From: Nostoc sp. DedSLP01
GTDB taxonomy: Bacteria; Cyanobacteriota; Cyanobacteriia; Cyanobacteriales; Nostocaceae
Direction of reading: 5' to 3'
NCBI GenBank assembly: GCA_034530875.2
Contig: JAVRCJ020000012.1
Span: 96,001 to 160,000, forward strand
DNA length: 64,000 nucleotides
Both the position numbers and the translations under genes were made by a program. The notes under the pieces are model-generated. The model was not told the origin of the DNA. It made no database searches and saw only the letters and a list, made by a program, of their open reading frames with translations. Positions 50,251-60,300 of this stretch are shown piece by piece (the stretch's first letter is position 1; each line of letters opens with the position of its first letter).

Positions 50251-50982
50251 TCAATGCTGCTTTTTGGGCTGATTTGGTCGTTGTTTGATAGAAGGATTTG
50301 GGGATGGAGAATTTTGGACTGCTGGTTGCTTGGTCGCGTTTAATTCTTCTTGTAACATTTTCTGATAAATCTTAGGTAAAGAGTTACTAATAGAATTAGT
50401 TTCTATGCCATATCCCAAACTTGTCCAAGTGGGAGAAAGTAAGCGTAAAACATCATTTAATTTTCCCTGACGCAAAAGTTGAGAAATATCTGTTCCCCAA
50501 ACTTTTGGATCTTTTAACCAACGATAAACTACTAAGTCTTGATACTCTGCTTCAAAACTATAGTTAGTCCAAAACATCAACCGCATTGGTTTGGGATGGT
50601 AGCGAGGCGCTATACGGTACCACGTAGTATTAATTATTTGATATCTTCCAGCAGCAGTAGAACAATTACCTGTGTTAGGGCCTGTAATAATTGTGACGCA
50701 TATCTCAGGATGTCGGCTGAGGTCGCTGACTTGTTGTCCGCCATACAACAGAGAATAGGGACGGTTGCCATTTGCCTCACTTGCGGAGATGGTTCGCATT
50801 AAAGCGCGGATATAAGGGTCGCCTTGTTTCATCACCAAAGGTGGCTGTTTAACTTCAAAGATCGGATCGGAAGGCGATCGCAATTCTCCTTGAATATACC
50901 ACTGGAACAAATACACAAAGCCGAGAAGCGCTGCTATTGGCCCAATAAGTTTTTCAACGCCTTTGAATTCAATGCCTTTCAG
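50251..50982 (-). CDS. Glycoside hydrolase family 104 (lambda-lysozyme-like) muramidase with an N-terminal anchor
   Basis: RALMRTISASE, STAAGRYQI, QD and WTSL motifs; in-frame CTG at 50982 with SD AAGGAG 7 nt upstream. Confidence 0.85.
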   Translation of the reverse strand: MKGIEFKGVEKLIGPIAALLGFVYLFQWYIQGELRSPSDPIFEVKQPPLVMKQGDPYIRALMRTISASEANGNRPYSLLYGGQQVSDLSRHPEICVTIITGPNTGNCSTAAGRYQIINTTWYRIAPRYHPKPMRLMFWTNYSFEAEYQDLVVYRWLKDPKVWGTDISQLLRQGKLNDVLRLLSPTWTSLGYGIETNSISNSLPKIYQKMLQEELNATKQPAVQNSPSPNPSIKQRPNQPKKQH

Positions 50983-51064
50983 AGTCCGACTCCTTCTTAT
51001 TCGCTTTCTTAGCTAACAAAAATTACCGACGAACTCATTGTGACAAAGTTCACGTTTGTTGTCA

Positions 51065-51105
51065 GTTAACTGTTGGCTGTTGACAATCAACAGCCAACAG
51101 TTAAC
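51065..51105. terminator. Perfect 19 bp inverted repeat (STRR3-derived) downstream of the RTX gene
   Basis: GTTAACTGTTGGCTGTTGA-CAA-TCAACAGCCAACAGTTAAC. Confidence 0.65.
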
Positions 51106-51132
51106 GATTATAGCGATGGGAGCTAATCGAGA

Positions 51133-53469
51133 TTAAACAACGACAAAATTATCTTTGTTTAATGTCACTTCACCAAAGAACTGTGCAAGTTGTACCTGAG
51201 TAAACCCACCGGCACTGCCATCACGGTCAAAGTATAACGCACCTGTACTAGCGTTATAGATAAATCTCTGAGCGCTCGTTGTTGCAGATGTTCCCAGGGT
51301 AAACTGATTAGCTGCAAGCGAACCTATTGATAACCCTCCACCAAAACCAGCAGCCGATACCTGAATCTTTTCGTTAGTCGGGTTAAAGTTATAAATGCGA
51401 TCGCTACCTTCATTGAAACTATTGAAAACAAAGGTATCAATACCAGTTCCTCCATAAAGGGTATCATCACCGTTGCCACCTATGAGGACGTTCTTACCAG
51501 AGGCGAAATCGGCATTGATGTAATCATTACCATTGCCACCATCGAGGGTGTTATTTCCTGAGGTAGTAGAGCCGGACATCTCGTAAACATACTCCTCAAC
51601 TGAGGCAGAGAGATAATCATTGCCGTCCCCTCCAGAGAGAAGGTTATCGCCTGTTGAGAAAATAACACTCAAGTGATCGTTGCCAGTACCACCGTTGAGG
51701 GTATTATTACCGGAGGTAGTATAGGTAGAGACAGAAGCTGGATAATCATAAGTAAAAGCGGTAAAAGCAAAAACAGAATCATCGCCATCGCCACCATTGA
51801 GTAGGTTATCGCCTGTTGACGAATTGGCATCCAAGGTATCGTTACCAGCACCACCATTGAGGGTATTATCGCCATCTGAAAAGATAACAAATAATTCATC
51901 GCTACCAATACCACCAACAAGAGAGTTATTGCCAGTAACATCAGTGAGCTGGTCATCCCCCACACCACCAATGAGAGTATCGCTTCCCGCACCGCCTCTC
52001 AAAAGGTCGTCGCCACTTAGCCCATCGATTTTGTCATTACCCCCTTGACCATTGATGACATCATCTGAAGCGTCAAAGCCGTTAACATTGTTGTTCAGGG
52101 CGTTAAGGAAGGTGACTGTGTTCTTGTTGGAGAGGGTGCTTTGGGTGGAGTTGGCATCAAAAACATCAAAGCTGTCCGTGATGCTGCTTTGCCCATAAAA
52201 CAGAATATTGCCGACCTGGGGTGAATTGTCTAGGTTTTCCAGGGCAAAGTTTTGCAGGATTACTTTATCCTTCTGGAAAGCCCCAAAGGTGATTTCTAAG
52301 TTGTTACCATTTTGAGTTAATTGCAGATTTCTTGCAGTTTGCTCAGATCCTCTAAATTGCAAGGTATCCAACGAGCCGAGGGTTGCAGCTGATGGGTTTG
52401 AGCCTTTACCAATACCACCGAAATCGGTAATAGTAGTAACAGTGCTTGTAAAACCAAAACCCAGAACAAATTTATCCTTGCCGCCGCCACCAGTTAATAT
52501 TTTATTTTTGTCACTCCAGAAAAAATTGTCCGATTCACTATAGAAAATATCGTTACCAGCGCCACCGTTGAGGGTGCTATTACCCGTAGCGCCAGAGGCA
52601 CTAAGAGTATCATTACCATCGCCTCCAAGCAGTAGGTTATCGCTTGATGAATAGTCAATATTTAAGTAATCATCACCAGCACCACTATTGAGGGTGTTAT
52701 TACCCTTAGCGGCAAAGGCACTGAGAGTATCATTACCATCGCCACCAACGAGACTATCGCTCCCGTCACCAGCAACGAGAGTATCATTCCCCGCACCACC
52801 AATGAGAGTGTCATTCCCTGCACCACCACGCAGCAGGTCGTTGCCACTTAACCCATCGATTTTGTCATTACCCCCTTGAGCATTGATGACATCATTTGAG
52901 TTGTCAAAGCCAATAATATTGTTATTCAGGTCGTTAAAGAAGGTGACTGTATTCTTACGGGACGGCTTTTGTTGGGTAGATTTGGCATCGAGAACATCAA
53001 ACCTGTCGGTAATGCTGGTTTGTCCGTTAAACAGGATATTGCCTACCGTTGACAGGTTATCTAGGTTTTCTAGAGTAAAGTTTTGCAGGATAATTTTGCC
53101 GGAATCTACCCCTTCAAAGCTAATTTCCAGATTTTTACCATTCTGGGCGAGTAGCAGATTTTGAGCAGTTAAGTTACTGCCTTGAAATATCAGGGTATCA
53201 ACTTCGGCAATGACTGCTGCCAAAGGATTTAAGGCTTTACCTACGCCACGAAAGTCTGTGATGATATTAGTCTGGCTGAAGTTGAAAAACGATGAGTTGT
53301 AAACAAATTTATCCTTACCACCGCCACCAGTTAGAGTATCCTGAGCTTGATAAGATTCGGTGTAGTTGTAAGGTGCGATCGTATCGTTCCCGGCCTTACC
53401 GTTAATTTTGTCGGCCTCGGAGGTGCCCACAAGGGTATCATTACCGTTGGTTCCAGTGATATTTGCCAT
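51133..53469 (-). CDS. Large RTX calcium-binding repeat protein with a duplicated internal domain
   Basis: Many GGxGxD repeats; two copies of an approx. 180 aa block; C-terminal QRFIYNASTGALYFDRDG. Confidence 0.9.
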   Translation of the reverse strand: MANITGTNGNDTLVGTSEADKINGKAGNDTIAPYNYTESYQAQDTLTGGGGKDKFVYNSSFFNFSQTNIITDFRGVGKALNPLAAVIAEVDTLIFQGSNLTAQNLLLAQNGKNLEISFEGVDSGKIILQNFTLENLDNLSTVGNILFNGQTSITDRFDVLDAKSTQQKPSRKNTVTFFNDLNNNIIGFDNSNDVINAQGGNDKIDGLSGNDLLRGGAGNDTLIGGAGNDTLVAGDGSDSLVGGDGNDTLSAFAAKGNNTLNSGAGDDYLNIDYSSSDNLLLGGDGNDTLSASGATGNSTLNGGAGNDIFYSESDNFFWSDKNKILTGGGGKDKFVLGFGFTSTVTTITDFGGIGKGSNPSAATLGSLDTLQFRGSEQTARNLQLTQNGNNLEITFGAFQKDKVILQNFALENLDNSPQVGNILFYGQSSITDSFDVFDANSTQSTLSNKNTVTFLNALNNNVNGFDASDDVINGQGGNDKIDGLSGDDLLRGGAGSDTLIGGVGDDQLTDVTGNNSLVGGIGSDELFVIFSDGDNTLNGGAGNDTLDANSSTGDNLLNGGDGDDSVFAFTAFTYDYPASVSTYTTSGNNTLNGGTGNDHLSVIFSTGDNLLSGGDGNDYLSASVEEYVYEMSGSTTSGNNTLDGGNGNDYINADFASGKNVLIGGNGDDTLYGGTGIDTFVFNSFNEGSDRIYNFNPTNEKIQVSAAGFGGGLSIGSLAANQFTLGTSATTSAQRFIYNASTGALYFDRDGSAGGFTQVQLAQFFGEVTLNKDNFVVV

Positions 53470-54097
53470 AACTTTTACTTACTTGAATTGGTATTTGGTT
53501 TAATTTTCAGTTCTCAGTTTCTAATTAGTGCTATTTGAGGGAATCAAGAATTCACCACAAGTTGAAGGTTGAGGAATATTTAAATCTCACCCTTGAGGAT
53601 TAGCAATTTTTTGGAGAATGACTTTTTGATTGCTTGAGAAATATTACTAATGCAAGTTTTTGGGAATATCTAAGTCTTAGGCACTGTACAAATTTACAAC
53701 GTTTGCATTGAGCAAATAAGTCGTTTTCGGCTTTTTTTCACCATCTTTTGATTAGTCAAAAATGGACAAAAGCATCGAATAATTAGCTCGAATGTTTTAA
53801 AGCCACACTAGAGCGTTTGGCTTTTGCCAGTGTCTAAGCCTTACTAACTTGAAAATAGGGAACACTTCACTGTTGATAAGAAAAGATATCCTGATATCCC
53901 ACAGTGGGAATATTATCTGTAAGTATATATATTGATAATGCAGAATATCTAAATAACCTAACAGTAATCATATACTACATATCAATTTGGATGTCTATGT
54001 TGCAACAGACATCTTTGCATATTCTTTATATTCTTTCCCAAGTAATGTATATATTAAATCTGAATTTGATTTGTTCTTTACAATTTTAGATTTTATA

Positions 54098-54228
54098 TAT
54101 AGAAATCCGGTTTGATTTGGAGAATTTATTTGTGTAAACAGGGAGTAGGGAATGGGGAGTAGGGAGTAGGACAGAAGCCTTGTCTGGATGTACTGATTTT
54201 TTTCACGCAATCAAATGTGAGTTCTATA
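54098..54228 (-). mobile_element. MITE family A, copy 4
   Basis: Reverse complement of the 7145-7274 / 26739-26869 sequence. Confidence 0.85.
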
Positions 54229-54493
54229 AGATTCATATTTGATTTGGTGAAATACACGTAGGGAGTCAGTCGTGTGGGCGGGTTTTCCGACTTGAACGTT
54301 AGCGAAGCGGTAGCGACGGAGGAGCGTCACTGGCATTGCGTTACGCCTGAGGGTACGGCATCAGTTAACGATTTAGGTGCGTTAGGCTATGCCATAACAC
54401 AACGCCAGTTGCTACAACGGAGGTAACCTCCGCAACGCACTGGCTCCCCTACAGATACTTAAATTTTTTCAGAAATCAAATCGGATTCCTATA
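54225..54493. mobile_element. Larger MITE with family-A-type ends and nested small repeats
   Basis: TATAAGATTCATATTTGATTT ... AAATCAAATCGGATTCCTATA; shares a TATA junction with copy 4. Confidence 0.7.
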
Positions 54494-54529
54494 TCGGGTA
54501 AGAAGGAATTGTTGGTCAAGTTGAAAAGT

Positions 54530-55114
54530 TTAATTGAGTTTCAGCAATATTTTTGTTAAGCCAGCGCCTAACTGTTCGATAGATTCTTGCTGTTTGGGAT
54601 CTTTTAATGTGCCATCAGGGTTGAAGGCTTCATAAGCTTTGGATATGGCTATTTGGTCGGGAAGCACCAAAACTTTAATATTTCCCAAAATAGAACGCAG
54701 GTGAACCAACCCCCGCAAACCACCAAGGCCGCCTGGGGAAGCGCTCATAATTGTAGCAACTTTACCTGCAAAAGCAGTCAAGGCCAAAGGAGCTTCATTT
54801 GGAGATGGGCGAGATGCCCAATCAATGGCGTTCTTTAAAACTGCTGTGAGCGAACTGTTATACTCAGGCGAAGCAATCAGAAATCCTTGATGAGAAATCA
54901 TTAAATCTTTTAATGTGCGGGCATTGGCGGGTAGTCCTTCTTGAGCTTCTAAATCTTCATCAAACAGAGGTAAGGGCAAATCGCGTAAGTCTAAATAAGT
55001 CACTTCGGCGCCTGCTGCTTTAGCACCAGCTGCCGCAATTTTTACTAATTTTTTGTTGTAAGAATCTATACGGGTGCTACCCGCAAAGGCTAGGATTTTA
55101 GGTGTAGATGCCAT
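54530..55114 (-). CDS. NADPH-dependent FMN reductase (ChrR/SsuE family)
   Basis: FAGSTRIDSYN, SPEYNSS...LKNAIDWASR and SASPGGLGG motifs. Confidence 0.95.
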   Translation of the reverse strand: MASTPKILAFAGSTRIDSYNKKLVKIAAAGAKAAGAEVTYLDLRDLPLPLFDEDLEAQEGLPANARTLKDLMISHQGFLIASPEYNSSLTAVLKNAIDWASRPSPNEAPLALTAFAGKVATIMSASPGGLGGLRGLVHLRSILGNIKVLVLPDQIAISKAYEAFNPDGTLKDPKQQESIEQLGAGLTKILLKLN

Positions 55115-55236
55115 AAGTATCAGTTATTAGTTATCGATTACTAGTGTTTACTGATGACTGTTCGCTAGTTTAGCTGCATTATCCTGTTTTCAGGCGATCG
55201 CTTTTTCATACCTTTAGGTTTTCTTTACACATTATT

Positions 55237-55725
55237 ATGGCGAATTGGTCAGATTCTTATCTCGGCAAGTTGCGGCAAGTTGTTGGCAACCGCCTACTGA
55301 TGTTATGTGGTACGCGGGTGATTGTGGAGGATGATTTGGGGCGCGTTCTGTTGCAAAAGCGAAGTGATTTCAAACTTTGGGGACTACCTGGTGGCTGTCC
55401 TGAAGAAGGCGAATCTATCGAACAATGTGGGGTAAGAGAAGTGTTTGAAGAAACAGGTTTAACAGTTAAGCGTTTGCAAGCTGTGGCATTTTCTTCTAAC
55501 CCAGAGTTTGAAACTGTAACTTATCCTAACGGCGATCGCGTGCAAAACTTCATTTTGATTTTGCGAGCTATTGAATGGGAAGGTAGCTTAGCTTGTCTAG
55601 ATGGAGAATCTTTGGCGTTAGAATTTTTTGATTTGGCGAATTTGCCTACATTAATGCCAAACGATCGCCCCGTTTTGCAAAACTTTCAGGAATACAAGAA
55701 AACTGGCGAATTTCTGTTATTTTAA
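55237..55725 (+). CDS. NUDIX hydrolase
   Basis: WGLPGG..EEGESIEQCGVREVFEETGL Nudix box; YPNGD. Confidence 0.95.
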   Translation: MANWSDSYLGKLRQVVGNRLLMLCGTRVIVEDDLGRVLLQKRSDFKLWGLPGGCPEEGESIEQCGVREVFEETGLTVKRLQAVAFSSNPEFETVTYPNGDRVQNFILILRAIEWEGSLACLDGESLALEFFDLANLPTLMPNDRPVLQNFQEYKKTGEFLLF

Positions 55726-55730
55726 AAATC

Positions 55731-55860
55731 TATATAAATTTGGTTTGATTACTGAAATTATTTGTGTAGGCAGGGAGTAGGGAATGGGGAGTAGGGAGTG
55801 GAAAAGAAGCCTTGTTTGGGCGTACTGATGCTTTTTCACCAAATCAAATATGAGTCCTAT
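55731..55860 (-). mobile_element. MITE family A, copy 5
   Basis: Most similar to 22074-22206. Confidence 0.8.
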
Positions 55861-55874
55861 GGTCGGCTTCCTCA

Positions 55875-56000
55875 CCCGCCTAGAATTAAAGTTCAAGGCT
55901 AATAGCTCAAGTCTACTTCAGTAGACTAAAAACTTTTAAAAAAATTGAGTCATCTTTAGATGACTTTTGCTATGAGCAAGGAACTTCAGTTCTTTGCGGG
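55875..56000. repeat. Structured palindromic element: long outer stem with two inner hairpins
   Basis: Approx. 32 nt imperfect terminal arms; AGTCTAC-TTCA-GTAGACT and AGTCATC-TTTA-GATGACT inside. Confidence 0.7.
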
Positions 56001-56069
56001 ACATCGGTTTTACGTTAAGTTGACACCAATGAAAGATGTACTACCTTACTATGATTTATTTTTCAAAAG

Positions 56070-57050
56070 TCAAATCTTTTGTTTGGTCTTTTCCAACAAC
56101 TTAACGCTGGCGTAGATGGCGTCAATATGAGGTGTGGGAATTTGAGTGAGTTTTCCCAATTCTTGAACTGCGCCGACAATTGCATCTATCTCCGTGGGGC
56201 GTCCGGCTTCAATATCTTGTAACATCGAGGTTTTATGAGCGCCGACGTTTTCTGCTCCATTAATTCGCTGTTCCAAAGTAATGCCAAATTTTATACCCAA
56301 TTTTTCAGCGATCGCCTGGGCTTCAGTCATCATTTGCCGCGCTAGTTCGCGGGTGAGAGGATAGCGACAAATATCTTCTAAAGTCGCACCAGTCAAGGCA
56401 CTAATGGGATTAAACGCTACATTTCCCCACAATTTAATCCAGATTTCAGTGCGAATTTGATTGCGGATTGGGGCTTTAAATCCAGCTTGTTTGAGAGTTT
56501 GGGCTAATAGTTGGATGCGATCGCTTTTACTTCCATCGATTTCACCAAGAGTAAAGCGATCGCCTTCAATATGCCTAATGACACCTGGTTCAACTATTTC
56601 AGTTGCCGGGTAAACAACGCAACCAATAGCGCGGTCAACACTGATACCAGCTTCCACGGTTCCCTCTGGGTCAACAGATTGAATGCGCGTTCCTTCATAG
56701 TCGCCGCCATGCCGCCGAAAGTACCACCAGGGAATACCATTTTGGGCTGTGACTACCATTGTCTCAGAGTTGTAGAGGGCAGCCAGAGAAGGTGCGATCG
56801 CTGGGACGCTATGAGCTTTCACAGTTAAAATTACTACATCCTGTTGTCCTGCTTCCTGGATATTACTACTTGCCAAAGCTGGAATAGCAATTTGGTTAGA
56901 ACCGTCTGCCCCGATCAGTTTCAGACCATTTTCTTTAATTGCTTCCAGATGAGAACCACGAGCAATCAGCGTCACTGTTTCACCAGCCAGTGCTAATTTT
57001 GCTCCTAGATATCCACCGATGGCGCCTGCACCAACAATACAAATTTTCAT
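56070..57050 (-). CDS. panE: 2-dehydropantoate 2-reductase (ApbA/PanE family)
   Basis: IVGAGAIGG, TVKAH, QNGIP, WIKLWGN..FNP and KTSMLQD...GRPTE motifs. Confidence 0.85.
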   Translation of the reverse strand: MKICIVGAGAIGGYLGAKLALAGETVTLIARGSHLEAIKENGLKLIGADGSNQIAIPALASSNIQEAGQQDVVILTVKAHSVPAIAPSLAALYNSETMVVTAQNGIPWWYFRRHGGDYEGTRIQSVDPEGTVEAGISVDRAIGCVVYPATEIVEPGVIRHIEGDRFTLGEIDGSKSDRIQLLAQTLKQAGFKAPIRNQIRTEIWIKLWGNVAFNPISALTGATLEDICRYPLTRELARQMMTEAQAIAEKLGIKFGITLEQRINGAENVGAHKTSMLQDIEAGRPTEIDAIVGAVQELGKLTQIPTPHIDAIYASVKLLEKTKQKI

Positions 57051-57388
57051 TTTCTCAAAAGAATATCGTTTATCGAAACAATCGGGTCTAAAACCGTACT
57101 TCGTCCAAAGTTTTTCGAATAGGGTATAAATCCTCGTTACAAAAACGGCCTCCTGCCTTCGTTAACACTATTACTAACAGGAGCATACTTACTTAATAAG
57201 TACTATTGCTAAAACTTGCCTCAGAACTTGATTTTACCGAAAATAGGAGGAATTTGGGTTGACACTAACAGGGGCTAGATGCATTAAATGCATTCGCCCA
57301 AAATCTCAATCAATCTGAGTTAGACCAAGCTTCTATTTGGGCAAACTAATTGAAATAAATCAGCTGATTTCACAAGAGTCGATCGAAC

Positions 57389-60300
57389 ATGAATACAGCA
57401 ATTGAGCCAATCGCCAAGCTTCTAAACTATGATATTACCGAGGAACTTTATACAAGCTTTAGAACGCTGGTTTACCGCGCAATTCGAGAAGACGATCGGC
57501 TGCCGGTGATTATTAAAGTGCTTCACCAGGAGTATCCCACCTTCAGCGAACTCCTCCAGTTCCGCAATCAGTATACTATTGCCAAAAATCTCGACCTCCC
57601 AAGTATTGTTCGCCCCTACAGTTTAGAACCCTACCGCAATAGCTATGCTTTGGTAATGGAGGATTTCGGCGGTATCTCCCTGAGAGAATGGATGAAGACA
57701 GCAATGGAGGGTAATCCAGATTACTTGGGATTTTTAGATATTGCGATCGCTTTGAGTGAAATTTTGGATGGACTTTATCGCCATCGGGTAATCCACAAAG
57801 ACATCAAGCCTGCGAACATTCTCATCAATCCACAGACTAAGGAAGTCAAATTAATAGATTTTAGTATTGCTTCGCTTTTGCCTAGAGAAAGCCAAGAAAT
57901 TCAAAATCCCAATGTCCTAGAAGGTACTTTGGTTTACCTTTCCCCCGAACAAACCGGACGGATGAATCGCTCAATTGATTACCGCAGCGATTACTATTCG
58001 CTAGGGATTACATTTTATGAATTGCTAACTGGACAGCTACCTTTTGAATCTAACGATCTGATGGAGTTGGTTCACTGTCACATTGCCAAGCAACCGCCTA
58101 TATTGGGCAGTGGACAGGGGGGAGAGATTCCTCAAGCTTTGTGCGATATTGTGATGAAACTGATGGCGAAAAATGCCGAACAGCGCTATCAGAGTGCATT
58201 AGGGCTGAAACACGATTTAGAAGTTTGTCGGCGTCAGCTGATAGAAACTGGGCAAATTGAAACATTTGAATTAGGTAAGCGGGATATTTGCGATCGCTTT
58301 ATTATTCCGGAAAAACTCTACGGTCGCCAAGCTGAAGTTGAAACTTTACTCGATGGGTTTGAGAGAGTCAGCCAAGGTAACACTGAAATTATGCTGGTGG
58401 CGGGCTTTTCTGGAATTGGCAAAACTGCTGTGGTTAATGAAGTCCACAAGCCAATTGTCCGCCAACGGGGTTATTTTATTAAAGGTAAATTTGACCAGTT
58501 CCAGCGCAACATCCCTTTCTCTGCTTTTGTGCAAGCCTTTCGAGACTTGATGACACAACTTTTGAGTGAAAGTGACGCCCAACTCGAACAGTGGAAATCC
58601 AAGGTTCTCAAAGCCTTGGGTGAAAACGGACAAGTGATGATTGAGGTAATTCCAGAACTGGAAAGTCTGATTGGCAAACAGCCTCCAGCGCCAGAACTCT
58701 CAGCAAGTGCAGCCCAAAATCGCTTCAATTTGCTGTTCTTAAAGTTCACCCAAGTGTTCGCTGCACCAGAACATCCGTTGGTAATTTTCATTGATGACCT
58801 GCAATGGGCGGATTCTGCTTCTTTAAAGTTAATGCAGTTGTTGATGAGCGAAGCTGAAATTGGCTATTTACTGTTAATTGGTGCGTATCGGGATAACGAA
58901 GTCAATCCCGCACATCCGCTGTTACTGACTTTAGATGAAATTCAAAAGATAGGCGCTACAGTCAATACAATTACTTTAGCTGCTCTCGAGCGACTGTCCG
59001 TCAATCATTTGGTTGCAGACACTTTGAGTTGTTCTTTAGAATTGGCAGCACCATTGGCAGACTTGGTATTAGCCAAAACTAAAGGTAATCCTTTCTTCTG
59101 CACGCAATTTCTCAAAGCGTTACATCAAGACCGATTAATTACCTTTAACCCCTCTCAGTCCCACGCCAGTTGCTACAACGGGGGAGACCCCCGCAAAGCA
59201 CTGGCTCCCCTTGGTAAGGGGGGAAGTCCAGGGGGGTGGGAATGCGATCTGGTTCAGGTGCGATCGCTTGCTCTCAGTGATGATGTCGTAGAGTTTATGG
59301 CAATTCAATTACAAAAGTTGCCAAAGCAAACTCAAGAAGTTTTGAAATTAGCCGCTTGTGTCGGCAACCAATTTGATTTGACGACATTGGCGATCGTTCA
59401 TGAAAAATCAGAGGTAGAAACAGCCGCAACTTTTTGGAAAGCCGTGCAAGATGGGTTAATTATTCCCATCAATGAGGTGTACAAATTCTACCAAGAAGAA
59501 TCTGAATTCAAAACTCAAAATTCAAAAACTCGCATTCACAATTATGCTAATTGTTCTTACAAATTTCTCCACGATCGCGTCCAGCAAGCGGCTTATTCGC
59601 TAATTCCTGAATCTCAAAAGCAAGCTACTCATTTAAAAATTGGTCAGTTGTTATTAAAAAGCACGCCAATTGAAGCAATTGAAGCCAATATTTTTGATAT
59701 TGTTAATCAGTTAAATCAGGGAATTGACATTATCGAAGAACAATCTCAAAGATACGAACTGGCTGAACTGAATTTAATTGCAGGCAAAAAAGCAAAAGCT
59801 TCTACTGCTTATAAGGCAGCGGTAAAATATTTCACTTTAGGTCGAGAATTGCTAACAGCAGACAGTTGGGATACTCATTATCAACTTACCTTCAAATTAT
59901 ATAGAGAAGCTGGAGAATGTGAATATTTAATTGGTAATTTTAACCAAACAGAAAAACTATTTGAAATTGCTTTAGAACGCAGTCAAGATAAATTCCACCA
60001 GGCAGAGATCTACGGTATTCAGATGTACCTGAAAATGACTCAGGGTGAAAATATCGAAGCTGGCTTCACCTGCGGTCTTAAAGGTTTGAGCATCATGGGG
60101 ATGGATCTACCTGTTACTGCCCAAGAACAGGAAGCTGCCATTGAAACTCAACTTAAAGAATTAAAAGCTAAACTCTTAGGGATTCGTCCGGCAGATTTAT
60201 TTGATTTGCCTGATATGACAGATCCAATAAAAAAGGTTTGCATGAGTCTTTTAGCTGACCTTTGGGCAGCTGCTTACATGGGAGGACATCAAAACCTGAG

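Noticed and set aside
50251..50982. Prophage lysis gene
   Set aside because: No holin, structural or integrase genes nearby.
51480..53164. Short antisense and alternate-frame ORFs within the RTX gene (and similar ones in other long genes)
   Set aside because: Shadows of repetitive or biased codon usage, with no independent evidence.
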